27,897 bases of DNA. It comes from a virus. Taxonomy: Duplodnaviria > Caudoviricetes. Both the position numbers and the translations under genes were made by a program. The stretch spans positions 1-27,897 of the IMG/VR virus record IMGVR_UViG_3300030095_005808, one strand, 5' to 3'. The stretch's first letter is position 1. The number at the start of each line of letters is the position of its first letter. Shown here piece by piece: positions 26,402 to 27,897 of this stretch. A model generated the notes under the pieces. It was not told where the DNA came from. It did not search any database and saw nothing but the letters and a program-made list of their open reading frames with translations.

Positions 26402-26620
26402 TCAGACAGTAGCAGTCTGGAGGGACTTGCTACGGATGCTGGTGTTCACAAACCGACCAACAGATTCGCCTTTGGTGATGACATCGTTCAGGGAAGAAAC
26501 GAAACCGGAGACATCAGCAGACTTGTAATCATACTGACGACCACCGTTGAATTCGACGGTCACGGTATCACCTTCGGTGGCGATGGTGTTGATAGCGGAG
26601 GAGTTGAACTTAGCGATCAT
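26402..26620 (-). CDS. KTSC-domain-like small protein (putative nucleic-acid binding)
   Basis: 72 aa. The pattern SSAI..I......V.VEF.GG..Y.Y ... S.GRF.N..IR matches the KTSC domain. Confidence 0.7.
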   Translation of the reverse strand: MIAKFNSSAINTIATEGDTVTVEFNGGRQYDYKSADVSGFVSSLNDVITKGESVGRFVNTSIRSKSLQTATV

Positions 26621-26642
26621 GATGTTACCTTTGGTTGTGTGT

Positions 26643-26679
26643 AGTGAAGTTGTTTAGAGCGGGATGCTTCACCCCCGCT
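26643..26679 (-). promoter_or_regulatory. Candidate H-type pseudoknot in the leader of the KTSC-like gene
   Basis: Minus strand AGCGGG-G-GTGAAG-CAT-CCCGCT-CTAAACAA-CTTCAC. S1 is AGCGGG/CCCGCT, S2 is GTGAAG/CTTCAC, and the linker is A-rich. Confidence 0.5.
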
Positions 26680-26695
26680 GGTGATAACAATTGAG

Positions 26696-26712
26696 GGGGG
26701 AATTAGTCCCCC
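26696..26712 (-). terminator. GC hairpin after the 115-aa early gene (weak terminator or RNA processing/stability hairpin)
   Basis: GGGGGA-CTAAT-TCCCCC, 7 nt after the stop. It is followed by CTCAATTGTTATC, which is a poor U-tract. Confidence 0.4.
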
Positions 26713-26719
26713 AGAGTTG

Positions 26720-27067
26720 TCATCCTGCCAGACGCATTCCGTTGGTGAAAGGAATAGTCCGCATTGCCTCTTCTGTCAGGTCAAACATTTGAATGAACCA
26801 CTCATATTGCTTCTGGAAAACATACTCACGTTTGGTTCCGCAAGTATATCCAAACTCAGAAAGAAGCGCATTCAAACGTGACTTTGTGGTCGTTGACTGA
26901 TAACCACCATCAAATAGTTTGAGGGAGCAGTCATCAATCTCGGCAATCTTGTTACCATGCAGGAGTACAGTTGAATCACCTGCAAGCGTCAAAACTTGAG
27001 TGTTGCCAGACTTCCAGCACTTGCCCTCTTTGATAGCGGCAATCATTTGGGATTCGATCTTACGCAT
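26720..27067 (-). CDS. Conserved phage early protein, 115 aa (true start MRKIESQM at 27067)
   Basis: MRKIE.QM..AI....W.SGNT.V...V.LHGN.IA...LFDGG.QS.TTKSRLNALL is a pattern I recognise in phage early regions. The 30 extra upstream codons in the ORF track span the promoter. Confidence 0.82.
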   Translation of the reverse strand: MRKIESQMIAAIKEGKCWKSGNTQVLTLAGDSTVLLHGNKIAEIDDCSLKLFDGGYQSTTTKSRLNALLSEFGYTCGTKREYVFQKQYEWFIQMFDLTEEAMRTIPFTNGMRLAG

Positions 27068-27095
27068 GGGGTGTCGCTTTGTTTGTGACTTCGTC

Positions 27096-27153
27096 ACTAT
27101 AGGATGGATTGAGGCGGTTTGGGGGAAGTGTGTGACAGTTTGTCGATTGTCTC
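27096..27153 (-). promoter_or_regulatory. Cyanophage early promoter: upstream palindromic box (27132-27153) plus -10 TATAGT (27096-27101)
   Basis: GAGACAAT-CGACAA-ACTGTCAC, then 30 nt, then TATAGT, then an A/C-rich leader to ATG 27067. The -35 element is poor. Confidence 0.7.
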
Positions 27154-27315
27154 TCACCGACCGTCGGTGTAACTCCCGAGCATATGTTCACCCTGACGGA
27201 CTTCGGCATAACCGAATTCTTCAGAGAGATCTAAACACAAACCCCATGCATCATCGATGTCAACAAAGGAAGAATTTTCGTATGGAGCAGATGGACAGTG
27301 GACAGAATAACGCAT
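27154..27315 (-). CDS. Small early protein, 53 aa (not in the ORF track)
   Basis: Hand translation: MRYSVHCPSAPYENSSFVDIDDAWGLCLDLSEEFGYAEVRQGEHMLGSYTDGR*. It fills the gap between the 78-aa gene and the next promoter exactly. Confidence 0.78.
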   Translation of the reverse strand: MRYSVHCPSAPYENSSFVDIDDAWGLCLDLSEEFGYAEVRQGEHMLGSYTDGR

Positions 27316-27356
27316 GAGAAAGTGTGAATGAAGAACGGAAGGAGTTAGTGTTACTC

Positions 27357-27593
27357 TCAGCAGAGGGCAAATTGCATTTGGTTACGATTGTCGGCAGATT
27401 CCCAGGCATCATAGAAAGAATTCCATGCTGAGTCGTTATCAACAAAGGAATCAATTTCCAGTTGATCACATACCCAATCGTATGCCATATCTACATCGGC
27501 ATTTGTGTCATTAATGAAGGAAATCATCTGCCCCATGATGTCATCCCAGGTTGCCTGCATTTCGGGTGAAAGTGTGAAGATTGGGGTTGCCAT
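27357..27593 (-). CDS. Acidic, Trp-rich early protein, 78 aa (true start MATPIF at 27593)
   Basis: The ATG follows the promoter and an AAAGGAACGCAACTC leader. The 23 extra upstream codons in the ORF track run through the promoter. Confidence 0.75.
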   Translation of the reverse strand: MATPIFTLSPEMQATWDDIMGQMISFINDTNADVDMAYDWVCDQLEIDSFVDNDSAWNSFYDAWESADNRNQMQFALC

Positions 27594-27617
27594 GAGTTGC
27601 GTTCCTTTGACTCTTAT

Positions 27618-27677
27618 AGAATCCCATACTTTCAGGGATTTCACAAGGGGGGTTTGTGCCACCTTGCCAACTGGTTT
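27618..27677 (-). promoter_or_regulatory. Cyanophage early promoter: upstream box (27656-27677), -35 TTGTGA (27641-27646), 17-bp spacer, extended -10 TG-G-GATTCT (27618-27623)
   Basis: Minus strand AAACCAGT-TGGCAA-GGTGGCAC-AAACCCCCC-TTGTGA-N17-GATTCT. The architecture is the same as the promoter at 27096-27153. Confidence 0.68.
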
Positions 27678-27695
27678 CGGCAGCTGCCTTAGTTG

Positions 27696-27878
27696 TTACT
27701 TAGTGGGAAAATTAATGCAGACGGCATTACATAACTGTTTGATTGTTTCATCTACATTTTCGTTAGGAAAATGCGATTCCATAATACAAACAATGTCCTC
27801 TATAAGTTGTTCACGTTGGGTCAACATTTCCAGATCAATGTTCATTTTAGGATAGGTGAAGGTTGAAACGAAGGACAT
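27696..27878 (-). CDS. Small early hypothetical protein (start may be 27845, MNIDLEM)
   Basis: The pattern ML..REQL.EDI..I.......L...LC.AVC.NFP is a helical motif typical of cyanophage early ORFs. It is in the same orientation as its neighbours. Confidence 0.68.
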   Translation of the reverse strand: MSFVSTFTYPKMNIDLEMLTQREQLIEDIVCIMESHFPNENVDETIKQLCNAVCINFPTK

Positions 27879-27897
27879 CAGTAATCAGTGTTTCCGT

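Noticed and set aside
27260-27469. 69-aa minus-strand ORF
   Set aside because: It overlaps two more plausible genes (27357-27593 and 27154-27315) out of frame.
24214-27855. Plus-strand ORFs in the right-hand region (e.g. 25138-25539, 26396-26644, 27000-27317, 27505-27855)
   Set aside because: They lie antisense to better-supported minus-strand genes and promoters, and the higher GC here lengthens spurious ORFs.

Overview
This is a fragment of a T4-like cyanomyovirus (Kyanoviridae-type) genome, and every credible gene is on the minus strand. In transcription order (right to left) it has four parts. (1) The end of an early region (~26400-27897): five tiny ORFs, including a KTSC-like protein, and two sigma70-type promoters that each carry an upstream imperfect palindrome. 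(2) A structured ~200-bp non-coding junction (26205-26401). (3) A GC-richer cassette (~24190-26200): an acidic AbrB/MazE-fold protein, a GT-A glycosyltransferase, a small acidic protein, an unlisted 49-aa very basic protein and a 225-aa conserved protein. (4) An AT-rich late baseplate module: gp25, gp6, a giant 4193-aa gp7-like protein, gp8, a 2487-aa VrlC/DUF4815-like protein and a 66-aa protein, with T4 late promoters (TATAAATA) before gp25 and gp8. I saw no tRNA, rRNA, CRISPR array or mobile element. The best leads are a candidate RNA-level regulatory unit around the KTSC-like gene (leader pseudoknot plus ACUAA-loop hairpins), the hairpin/A-tract junction at the compositional boundary, a possible virion-glycosylation cassette, and a split YHYH-like domain in gp7. 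Family assignments come from motif recognition, not database searches.
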